Source: an uncultured Chloroflexia bacterium
Lineage (GTDB): Bacteria > Chloroflexota > Limnocylindria > Limnocylindrales > CSP1-4
Length of the DNA stretch: 51,445 nt
Assembly: GCA_963712745.1 (NCBI GenBank)
Contig: CAVQJC010000019.1
Coordinates: 1 to 51,445, forward strand
Direction of reading: 5' to 3'
Every line of letters begins with the position of its first letter. Within the stretch, counting starts at the first letter, position 1. Shown here in pieces: positions 33,138-42,400 of this stretch. The position numbers were made by a program, and so were the translations under genes. The notes under the pieces are model-generated. The model saw only the letters and a list, made by a program, of their open reading frames with translations, was not told where the DNA came from and searched no databases.

Positions 33138-33306
33138 GGTTCCTGATCCCTCCTTGGGTGTTGTTCGATGACGGCGCAAGCGCCGGTTGATGCGGGGGCA
33201 GGCCCGAGGGATGCGGTGCACGGCACTGGCAGCATCCGTCGACGCCAACCCATGGTGGTGGCACCCACACGAAATGGACACGCTCACGGCAAGCGCACCG
33301 TGGAGT

Positions 33307-33334
33307 ATCATAGACCGCGGCGTAGCGAATGCAA
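33307..33334 (-). promoter_or_regulatory. Promoter TTGCAT-N16-TATGAT, probably for the small lipoprotein gene
   Basis: -35 at 33334-33329 and -10 at 33312-33307 on the minus strand; overlaps a plus-strand TATCAT at 33306-33311. Confidence 0.5.
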
Positions 33335-33607
33335 GACGCCCCGAGCGCCCCGGGCGTGTGCGGACAGTGACCCGATGATGGTCCTGGAACACCCGGTGCG
33401 GCGCGCTCTGGGTCGGTCGGCCGTCTCTCAAGGCGAGCAGACCACTTCCATTCCCGACGTTACCAGTCGTGATCAGACAGACCGTTTGCGCCCAGTGGGC
33501 CCGGTCGTCACTAGGAGATCGACACATCAGCAACGAGCGGACACGACACACGCGATGCGCGCTGGGCTCTGCCCTAGGCCGCGACCGTCGCTTCGAGTGT
33601 CCAGCCC

Positions 33608-33634
33608 TGCAGAGTTGCCCACGGCAACTCTGCA
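33608..33634 (+). other. Perfect 12-bp hairpin just before the SD of the NYN gene
   Basis: TGCAGAGTTGCC-CAC-GGCAACTCTGCA, then AGGAG at 33641. Confidence 0.6.
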
Positions 33635-33651
33635 CCACACAGGAGTCCTGA

Positions 33652-35508
33652 GTGAGCAAGAACGTCGCCGTCTTCGTGGACGTTGCGAACATCTTCTATG
33701 CGGCCAAGGCCGCCGGGATCGACATCGACTACGTGACCCTCTTGAAGTCGGCCACGGCCAACCGCGACTTCGTGCGCGCGTACGCCTACACCGGCCTCGA
33801 TCCGGAGAACGAGAACCAGCGCCAGTTCCACGCCTTCCTGGCGCGTTCCGGCTACAAGGTCGTGAGCAAGGACATCCGCAAGTACGGCGACGGCCGGGTC
33901 AAGGCCAACCTCGACATCGAGCTCGTCGTGGACATGATGCGCATGGCCGAGAAGCTCGACGTCGCCGTCGTCGTCTCGGGTGACGGCGACTTTGCCCCGG
34001 CCATCGCTGCGGTCCAGCAGATGGGCACGCGCGTGGAGGTCATCAGCTTCCGCGGCAACACCAGCAGCGACCTCATCGACGTGGCCGACGTGTTCATCGA
34101 CATCACCAACGTGGCCAAGGTCGAGAAGGGCGCCCGCAGCGGACGCCGCGTCGCTTCCGACGGCGACCTCTCCATGACCGAAGTGCCCGACAAGGAGTCG
34201 GGCGTCACGCCGCGCCGCCGCCGTCGTCGCGATGACGACGGCGCCGAGAGGACCCCGCGAACGGTGCGTGCTCCGCGCCGCCGTGGAGGCCGGCCGGCGG
34301 AGGCCGACCAGGTCGAGAAGGCCGAGAGCGTGGAGTCGCCGCCCGCGGCAGCGGGCCTGGTGGCCTTGCCCGGCGAGAAGCTGTCACGCGGTGCCGAGGT
34401 CGCCGAAGTGCCCGAAGAGGCCGTGGCTGCGGTGGCTGCCGAAGCCGCTGACGAACAGGTCGCCGAGGACGGCAGCGGCCGCCGCCGCCGCCGCCGCCGT
34501 GGCGGCCGTGGCCGTGGCCGTGGCGGCCGTGGCTCCGAGACCACCGACGGCCAGCCCGAAGAGCAGCCCGATGACGAGGATCTCGTCGTCCAGCAGCCCG
34601 ATGACGAGGATCTCGTCGTCGAGCACCCCGACGAGGTGCCGACGCTGCCCCAGCACTCGGGCTTCGGCTCCGTCTGGGACAGCCAGATCGGCGTGCCTGC
34701 CGACACCGCTCTGACTTCGTCTGCGACTCGCCCGGAGGAGGAAGAGGAGTTCGAGGATGAGCCGGAGGTGCCCGAGTACCTCCTGGCCGAGAAGAGGCAG
34801 GGTCGCCGCAGTGGCGGTGGCGCCGGCCGCGGCCGGGGACGCGGTGGCCGCAGTGGCGGATACCGCTCGGCCATCGACCGTGAACGCTACGGCACCGGCT
34901 CAAGCTTCTCGCGCAGCAGCGGCGGTGGCAAGGGCCGTTCGGCCAGCACGCCGCGCGCCTCGGTACACGCGATGGAGCCCATCGAGCAGACTCGCGGCGG
35001 CGATCCCTGGAGTGAGGTACCGCCGGAGGTGCAGGCGCTGCTGAAGGCCGAGCTCGCCCGTCGCGAAGGCGCAGCCGAGCCAAGGTCCAAGGCTCCGGCC
35101 GAGGAGGAGCAGCCCAAGAAGCGCACCACCCGCAAGCGCCCGACCAAGAAGGCCGCGCTGGCCGAGGCCGAGGCGCCCGTGGAGGAGGCTGCCGGGACTC
35201 CGGCCGAGGAGGAGCAGCCCAAGAAGCGCACCACCCGCAAGCGCCCGACCAAGAAGGCCGCGCTGGCCGAGGCCGAGGCGCCCGTGGAGGAGGCTGCCGG
35301 GACTCCGGCCGAGGAGGAGCAGCCCAAGAAGCGCACCACCCGCAAGCGCCCGACCAAGAAGGCCGCGCTGGCCGAGGCCGAGGCGCCCGTGGAGGAGGCT
35401 GCCGGGACTCCGGCCGAGGAGGAGCAGCCCAAGAAGCGCACCACCCGCAAGCGCCCGACCAAGAAGGCCGCGGTGGCCGAGGCCGAGGCGCCCGTGGAGG
35501 AGGCCTAG
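33652..35508 (+). CDS. NYN (LabA/DUF88, PIN-like) domain protein with a long disordered C-terminal region
   Basis: Motifs VFVDVANI, KANLDIELVVDM, VVSGDGDFAP and SSDLIDVADVF; about 450-aa low-complexity tail; AGGAG SD. Confidence 0.9.
   Translation: MSKNVAVFVDVANIFYAAKAAGIDIDYVTLLKSATANRDFVRAYAYTGLDPENENQRQFHAFLARSGYKVVSKDIRKYGDGRVKANLDIELVVDMMRMAEKLDVAVVVSGDGDFAPAIAAVQQMGTRVEVISFRGNTSSDLIDVADVFIDITNVAKVEKGARSGRRVASDGDLSMTEVPDKESGVTPRRRRRRDDDGAERTPRTVRAPRRRGGRPAEADQVEKAESVESPPAAAGLVALPGEKLSRGAEVAEVPEEAVAAVAAEAADEQVAEDGSGRRRRRRRGGRGRGRGGRGSETTDGQPEEQPDDEDLVVQQPDDEDLVVEHPDEVPTLPQHSGFGSVWDSQIGVPADTALTSSATRPEEEEEFEDEPEVPEYLLAEKRQGRRSGGGAGRGRGRGGRSGGYRSAIDRERYGTGSSFSRSSGGGKGRSASTPRASVHAMEPIEQTRGGDPWSEVPPEVQALLKAELARREGAAEPRSKAPAEEEQPKKRTTRKRPTKKAALAEAEAPVEEAAGTPAEEEQPKKRTTRKRPTKKAALAEAEAPVEEAAGTPAEEEQPKKRTTRKRPTKKAALAEAEAPVEEAAGTPAEEEQPKKRTTRKRPTKKAAVAEAEAPVEEA
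34561..34635 (+). repeat. Intragenic 30-bp tandem repeat, about 2.5 copies (xQPDDEDLVV)
   Basis: Units at 34561, 34591 and a partial unit at 34621. Confidence 0.85.
35093..35505 (+). repeat. Intragenic 105-bp (35-aa) tandem repeat, about 3.9 copies
   Basis: Units at 35093, 35198, 35303 and 35408 encode PAEEEQPKKRTTRKRPTKKAALAEAEAPVEEAAGT; near-identical at the DNA level. Confidence 0.92.
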
Positions 35509-35516
35509 CGGCCAGC

Positions 35517-36638
35517 ATGGATGGTGTCGACCAACCACCCGAGGCCGGCGGCACCTTCCTGACCCGCGGTCACGCGGCCGCGGTCAGATCCATCGCACGT
35601 TCGGTCCGCAGCGAACGACCGCCTCATGCCCTCCTGCTGGTCGGTCCGCGGGGAGTGGGCAAGACTACCCTTGCGCTCGACCTGGCCGCGGGCCTGCTCT
35701 GCCTGGCCGACGATGCCACCGCCCGGCCTTGCCGAAGCTGCCCGGCCTGTCGCAAGGTCGCAGCGGGCAATCATGCCGACCTGCATCTCATCGCACCCGA
35801 GGGTGCAGGGGAGCAGATCCGCATCGGGCAGGTGCAGCAGCTGGCCTCCGACCTGGCCCTGACGGCGATGGAGGGTCGCTTCCGGGTGGCCGTGGTGACC
35901 TCGGCCCATCGGCTCAACCTCGACGCCCAGAATGCCCTGCTCAAGACGCTTGAAGAACCTGGACCGGCGACCTGCCTCATGCTCTGTGCCGACGAAGCTG
36001 CCTCACTGCTGCCCACGGTCCTCTCGCGATCGGCTCGGTTGCGCCTGGCGCCGCTGCCGGTCAAGACGCTTGCCGCGCTGCTCGTCGAGGACGGCCATGC
36101 CACGCCAGCGATGGCGCGCTCCCTGGCCGTGGCGGCGGCCGGACGTCCCGGCCTCGCCATCCGCCTGGCCGATCAGCCCGCGGCGGTCATCGCCCGTGCC
36201 CGCATCGGCCGAACCCTGCTCGACCTCGTGACGGCCGACCGACGCACCCGCCTGGGCGCGGCCGCTGACCTCATCACCGATGCCGCGGCAGTCGACGCGG
36301 CCATGCGCGGCGAGGTGGCGCCGTCAGCCAGGCGGCTGCAGCCGTTGGAGCGTCGTCGTGCCATCGGGCTCATCGTCGAGGTCTGGCGCGAGCTCGGCCG
36401 AGACTTGGCCGTGGCCGCTCAGGGCAAGGGTCAGGGCCGCGGTATCCGCGACCTCGACCAGCTGGAGGAGCTGCTGGCGCTCAGCGGGCGCGTGGACGCC
36501 AGATCGCTCCGCCCTTTCCTCGACCGCCTCGACCGGCTGATGCTGGCAGTCGAGGCCTACGCCAGCCCCGAGTTGACGCTGGACGTACTGCTGCTGACCT
36601 GGCCCCGGGCCATGTCCCAGGCGCGGAGTGCGGCGTGA
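35517..36638 (+). CDS. holB: DNA polymerase III subunit delta'
   Basis: Motifs HALLLVGPRGVGKT, Zn module (C..CRSCPAC), NHADL, QNALLKTLEEP and LLPTVLSR. Confidence 0.92.
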   Translation: MDGVDQPPEAGGTFLTRGHAAAVRSIARSVRSERPPHALLLVGPRGVGKTTLALDLAAGLLCLADDATARPCRSCPACRKVAAGNHADLHLIAPEGAGEQIRIGQVQQLASDLALTAMEGRFRVAVVTSAHRLNLDAQNALLKTLEEPGPATCLMLCADEAASLLPTVLSRSARLRLAPLPVKTLAALLVEDGHATPAMARSLAVAAAGRPGLAIRLADQPAAVIARARIGRTLLDLVTADRRTRLGAAADLITDAAAVDAAMRGEVAPSARRLQPLERRRAIGLIVEVWRELGRDLAVAAQGKGQGRGIRDLDQLEELLALSGRVDARSLRPFLDRLDRLMLAVEAYASPELTLDVLLLTWPRAMSQARSAA

Positions 36639-36937
36639 GCGGCAGCAGGATGCGCCTGGTGGCCACCGTCCGCGGCTCCGTCCAGGGCGTTGGCTATCGC
36701 TGGTTCGTACAGCAGGCGGCCGCGCGGCTCGAGCTCGCCGGCTGGGTCGCCAACCAGGCAGACGGCTCGGTGGAGGTCGTGGCCGAGGGGCTCGGCGATC
36801 TGCTGAACGTCCTGGTGCAGGAGCTGTGGCAGGGTCCTCCAGGCTCGTGGGTCGGCAGCGTCGAGGTCCGCTACGAACCTCCCCGCGGCAACCTCGTGGG
36901 CTTCATCGTCCGCAGCGGGGCCCATCCCGGCGACTGA
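36635..36937 (+). CDS. acyP: Acylphosphatase
   Basis: Motifs GSVQGVGYR, GWVANQADGSVE and GPP. Confidence 0.93.
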   Translation: MSGSRMRLVATVRGSVQGVGYRWFVQQAAARLELAGWVANQADGSVEVVAEGLGDLLNVLVQELWQGPPGSWVGSVEVRYEPPRGNLVGFIVRSGAHPGD

Positions 36938-36980
36938 CCGGCCACGAGGCCCCCGCGCGGTCGCCTGCCGGCCCGTGGCC

Positions 36981-36999
36981 TGCTAGGGTGAGACACCCT
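36981..36999 (+). promoter_or_regulatory. Extended -10 (TG-C-TAGGGT) overlapped by palindrome AGGGTG-AGA-CACCCT
   Basis: Lies upstream of the AGGAG SD and ATG 37020. Confidence 0.5.
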
Positions 37000-37019
37000 G
37001 AACGCCCCCAGGAGAACCG

Positions 37020-37448
37020 ATGTCGCTCACGCCACAGGAGAAGCGCGCTCAGCTGGAGCTTGTGCCGCTCTTCTCGGATTGCAGCAGCCAGGTCCTCGAC
37101 CAGCTGGCGGAGGTCACCACCGAGTTCGAGTTCGCCGCCGACACGCCCATCGTGCAGCAGGGACAGGTCGGCAACGGGCTCTACATCATCGTCAGCGGCG
37201 GTGCCCGCATCGTGGCCGGCAGTGGCGAGCTGGCCCGCTTCGGCCCCGGTGATTTCTTCGGTGAGCTCTCGGTCATCGATCAGCAGCCGCGGACCGCCAC
37301 GGCCTTCGCATTGGGCGACACCGTCTGTCTGGCCCTGGCCTCGTGGGACCTGGTGGCCGTGCTCGAGCGCGAACCGGTCCTGGCCATGAACCTGCTCCGT
37401 GAGCTGGTCCGACGGCTACGCGAAGCAGACGTCCAGCTGCGCCACTAG
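37020..37448 (+). CDS. Stand-alone cyclic nucleotide-binding domain protein
   Basis: Motifs VPLFS, IVQQGQVG..LYIIVSG and GDFFGELS..QPRTAT. Confidence 0.92.
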   Translation: MSLTPQEKRAQLELVPLFSDCSSQVLDQLAEVTTEFEFAADTPIVQQGQVGNGLYIIVSGGARIVAGSGELARFGPGDFFGELSVIDQQPRTATAFALGDTVCLALASWDLVAVLEREPVLAMNLLRELVRRLREADVQLRH

Positions 37449-37479
37449 CAGACCGCAGACAGCAGAGGGAGGCACCTGC

Positions 37480-37896
37480 ATGAACCAGCAGGAGATCCTC
37501 GACGCGCTCGCCGGGTTGAGCCTGTTCTCCGACCTCGATCGGCCAAGACTCCAGGCGGTCGCCCATACGATGTCGGAGGAATCGTTCGCATCCGGCCAGC
37601 GCATCCTGCGCCAGGGCTTCTCCGGCAGCGGCTTCTTCGTGATCCTCGATGGCGAGGTCGCGGTCCGCGTCGATGGCGTGGACGTGGCCCGTCTGGGCAA
37701 GGGCGACTTCTTTGGAGAGATCTCGCTGCTGCTGGGCGAGCCGCCCATCGCCGACGTGGTGACCACCGCCCACGTGCAGGCCCTGCAGTTGGCGGGTCCG
37801 GACCTGCGCGAGTTCCTGCTCGCCTACCCGGTCGTGATGTACCGCATGCTGCAATCGGTCAGCCGGCGCCTCGACCGCGCCAACCGCCGCAGCTAG
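37480..37896 (+). CDS. Second stand-alone cyclic nucleotide-binding domain protein (degenerate phosphate-binding cassette)
   Basis: Motifs LSLFS, ILRQG, FFVILDGEV and GDFFGEISLLLGEPPIAD. GGAGG precedes ATG 37480. Confidence 0.9.
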   Translation: MNQQEILDALAGLSLFSDLDRPRLQAVAHTMSEESFASGQRILRQGFSGSGFFVILDGEVAVRVDGVDVARLGKGDFFGEISLLLGEPPIADVVTTAHVQALQLAGPDLREFLLAYPVVMYRMLQSVSRRLDRANRRS

Positions 37897-37900
37897 GCCC

Positions 37901-39416
37901 ATGACCGGAGCACACGGCAAGGCTCGATCCGGTCTTCCCGCCAGGCGAGTACGGCGTGGTCGTCATCGGCAGCGGGCCCGGCGGACTGCAGGTCTCCTAC
38001 TACCTCTCGCGCCTGGGTATCGACCACGCGGTGCTCTCCGCCGACCCCTCGCCAGGCGGCATGTTCCGCCAGTTCCCGTTCTTCCAGCGGCTGCTCTCGT
38101 GGACCAAGCCACATGCCCGCCACGCTCACGACACGCGTGAATACGAGCGCTACGACTTCAACAGCCTGGTCGCTCACGAGCCCGAGAACCGGGCCGTGAT
38201 GCCGGGACTCATGGACGGCTCGTCGGAGTTCCCCGCGCGGGCGGAGATGGAAGCGGGCATCGTCGAGTTCGTCCGCCGGACCGGTCTGCGGGTGCGCTAC
38301 GACACGCCCTGGCAAGGCACGTCACGCGAGGGCGACATCTACGTGCTCCACACCCCGAGCGGCGACTACCGCACGCGGGTGGCGGTCTTCTGCGTCGGGA
38401 TCGCCGAGCCGCTGCTGCCCGCGGACGTCCCCGGCATCGAGCACGCCGCCCACTACGTGGACACCCGCGAGGCCGCAACCTACGCGGACAAGCGACTGTT
38501 CATCATGGGCAAGGCCAACTCCGGATTCGAGCTCGCCAGCGGCCTGCTGCAGTGGGCCAGCCCCATCATCCTGGCTTCGCCCCGGCCGGCCCAGCTGTCG
38601 GTGAACCTGCACTCGCTGGGCGGCGTGCGCGCTCGCTACGTGCAGCCCTGGGAAGACGCTGAGCTTGGTGGCGGTGTCTTCATCCTCGATGCCGCTATCG
38701 AGCGTCTCGAGAAGCATGCTGATGGCATCGCCGTGCACACGCGCCGCAGCGATACATCCGAGCCGTTCGTGGCGGAGGTCGACGAGGTCATCGCCGCCAC
38801 CGGCTTCAGCTCGCCACTGCTCGACCTGCCCCAGCTGGGCGTGAGCACCTTCGGTCGCAGCGGCCTGCCTTCGATGACCAACAGCTATGAGTCCGTCTCC
38901 ATGCCCGGCGTCTTCTTCGCCGGCACCATCACCCAGGCTGTCTCCGGGCTCAAGAAGTACGGCATCCCGGCCAACTCCGGAGCGGTCCACGGCCATCGCT
39001 ACAACGGTCGTCTCGCCGTCGACGAGATCGCCCGGCGCTACTTCGGTGTCGAACGGCCCCGCCCCGAGGTCGATGCGGTCGACGTCGTGGAACGCCTGCT
39101 CACCTCTGTCTCGGTCGCGCCCGAGCTGTGGCACCAGAAGTCCTATCTCGCCCACGCGCTTTCCGGCGACCCCGACGGGAGCATCCGTGACGAGGGCATC
39201 GTCTCGCTCGCCGAGTACGTGGATACGGCCGGACCTGACGGCGCGGCCATCACCGTCGAGACCGACGATCGCGGCAGCATCCACCCGGCGGTCTACGTTC
39301 GCCGCCGGGGACGGGTCGACGCGGATGCCGTGCTCGATGAGAGCCCGCTCACCGAATACCGCACGGCCGAGCATCGCGCGCAGCTGGCTGCACTCATCGG
39401 CGATATCCTGAGCTAG
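37901..39416 (+). CDS. FAD/NAD(P)-dependent oxidoreductase (flavin monooxygenase/pyridine nucleotide-disulfide-like); apparent 1-nt frameshift near the start, or GTG start at 37956
   Basis: Motifs IGSGPGG, GGMF, IMGKANSG, IAATGF and FFAG. The ORF 37956-39416 is intact; ATG 37901 joins it if one G at 37907/37908 is removed. Confidence 0.85.
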
Positions 39417-39466
39417 CGAGCCTAGCCGCCGCCTCAGTCTGTGTGGCCGCTGTTATCGTGGAACTG

Positions 39467-42400
39467 ATGGACCTGCGCCTGGACTTCCGCATCGCCCGCC
39501 CGGCACGCGACCGCTACGGCTTCGACGAGAACCTGTTCTCGAGCGACGGCGACGTCATCGTCTTCGATGCCGCGCGAGCACTGTCGCTGGCCGAGCGCTT
39601 CGTGGACGAGGACGCCGACCGGGCCCGGGTGGCCTCGGAGATCGCCGCCATCGGCCTCATCCACGAGCTCGGTCATCGGGCCGTGGCCGTCGAGCGCCGC
39701 GGCGATCCCGGCGGTGGGGGACCCCTGGCACGCGGCCTGGGCGCGCTCGACGGGCGTCTCGGCGAGACCGCAGTCGACAGCGGCCTGGCCACCTACGAGG
39801 CCACGTTCCCGGCCCTGCCCGTCTACCGGGAGGAGGTCGACGTCGAGGAATGGCTGGCCCGCGCCAAGGGGGATGTCCCCGGCCGCGAGGCGGCGCTCGA
39901 GGAGCTGGCACTCACCAGCATCGCCGCACGCAACCCGGCCGCCGCGGCCTACCGCGAGCTGACCTCACACCCGTCCCTGAACCAGTCCGCGCAGCGACAG
40001 CTGCTCGACGGTCTCTCCGGGGCCGAGCTGGACCCCGCTGACCCGGACCTGGAGCGCAAGGCGCCCGCCCGCCCGCTGTGGGCGCGCCTGAACGAGCCCA
40101 TCGAGGCCGCGCCTCAGTCGCTCGGCGCACAGCTCCGCTGGATCCGCATCCATTGGGCCGGTTGGCTCGACGATGCCGACCTGCTCCACATCGACCGGCA
40201 GCTGGGCCTGCTCGATGAGATCGACCGCGCTGCCTGGATGAAGGCGCGGCGGTCACCTGGCGGAGGAACGGCCGAGGCGGCGGCCCTCTCCGGCTTCGGG
40301 GCCTTCGACGAGGAGCCCGAGGCCTTCAGTGCGGACCGCGACTGGATGGCCGAGCTCGTGCTCGTGGCCAAGTCGACGTATGTCTGGCTCTCGCAGCTGT
40401 CCCGCGACTATGGACGCGAGATCAGCCGCCTCGACCAGGTCCCCGATGAAGAGCTGGACGAGCTCCGCTCTCGGGGCTTCACCGGCCTCTGGCTCATCGG
40501 CATCTGGGAGCGGAGTGCCGCCTCGCGGAAGATCAAGCAGTGGCGGGGCAATCCCGAGGCCATGGCTTCAGCCTACTCGGTGGCGGACTACCGCATCGCG
40601 GGCGAACTCGGCGGCGATGGCGCCTGGGCCAACCTGCGTGAGCGAGCCGAGGCTCGCGGCATCCGCCTGGCGGCAGACATGGTGCCCAATCACATGGGCA
40701 TCGACTCGACTTGGGTGATGGAGCATCCCGAGCGCTTCATCTCCTCGCCCTATCCGCCCTTCGAGTCGTACTCCTTCAGCGGTGACGACCTCTCGTCGGA
40801 CGAGCGCGTGGTGATCCAGCTCGAGGACCACTACTGGGACTCGTCCGACGCGGCGGTCGTCTTCAAGCGCATCGACAAGGCCACCGGCGACGAGCGCTAC
40901 ATCTACCACGGCAACGACGGCACCAGCTTTCCCTGGAACGACACCGCCCAGCTCGACTACCTCCGGGCCGAGGTCAGAGAAGCGGTCATCGGCCAGATCC
41001 TGGAGGTGGCTCGCCACTTCTCCGTGATCCGCTTTGATGCGGCCATGGTCCTCGCGCGCCGGCACATCCAGCGCCTGTGGTACCCGCAACCGGGCCACGA
41101 GGCGGGCATCCCTTCGCGCGCCGCGGCTGCCGTGCCCGCCCATGAGCTGCGCCGGCTCATGCCCCAGGAGTTCTGGCGCGAGGTCGTGGACCGGGTGGCC
41201 GCAGAGGTGCCCGATACACTGCTGCTGGCCGAGGCCTTCTGGCTCATGGAAGGCTACTTCGTCCGCACCCTGGGCATGCACCGGGTCTACAACAGCGCCT
41301 TCATGCACATGCTGCGCGACGAGAAGAACGCCCAGTACCAGCAGGTCATCCGCGAGACGGTCTCGTTCGACGCACGCATCCTGGGTCGCTACGTCAACTT
41401 CATGAACAACCCTGACGAACGCTCTGCGATCGACCAGTTCGGTAGCGATGATAAGTATTTTGGGGTGGCAACGCTGCTGGCCACGCTGCCCGGCCTGCCC
41501 ATGTTCGGGCACGGTCAGTTCGAGGGCTACAGCGAGCAGTATGGGATGGAGTTCCGCCGCCCCCAGCGCGACGAATGGCCCGATGGGGGCCTGATAGAGC
41601 GCCATCACCGTCAGATCAGCCCGTTGCTGCACGAGCGCTGGCGCTTCTCGGGTGCCACCGGCTTCCGGCAGCTGACGGCCCTCGAGGGTGGCGCTGCCAC
41701 GCCAGACGTGTTCGTATATGCCAACCAGGCCGCGAAGGGCCCGCGGGGAGCCCCGGAACGTCGGTCCCTGGTGGTCTATCTCAACCGCTACCCGCGGGCA
41801 CACGTGCGCATCCCCGGTGTGGCCGATGCGCTCGACCTGGGCCACGATCCCGATGGCTTCCTCATCCTTCACGACCAGCGCAGCGGGCTCGGTTACCTGC
41901 GTCAGATCGCCGACCTCCGGCAGCACGGGCTGGAGCTCTCGCTTGACGGCTACGGTTGCCACGTCTTCCTGGGTTTCGAAGAGGTCAGCGATGCCTCCGG
42001 CGCAGGCTGGGCCGAGCTGGCTCAGCGGGTCGGTCTCGCGGGCATCCCGGATGCCCATACCGCGCTGCGGCGGATGCGCGACGAACCGGTACGTGAAGCG
42101 GTAGCCGCCGTGTTCACCACCCGGCTGGCGCAGGAGGCGTTCCTGCCGGAGCCGGCGGGCGATCCCGATACGCATGCCGGGGCGGATGCGTCGAGAGCCG
42201 CGCTGGACGCCGCGATGGAGCGGCTGGCCACGGCCGCAGGTGCGCCAGGCGATACACTTAGCATGGCTTATGACACGGCGGGGTCGTTGATCAGGGTGCG
42301 TCAGGTCCGGCCCCGGTTGCTGGCCCAGGCACTCGCTGGCTGGATCCTGGCCAGCGCCATCGGTGATCTCGCCTGTGACGGGGACATGGCTCGCACGGTG

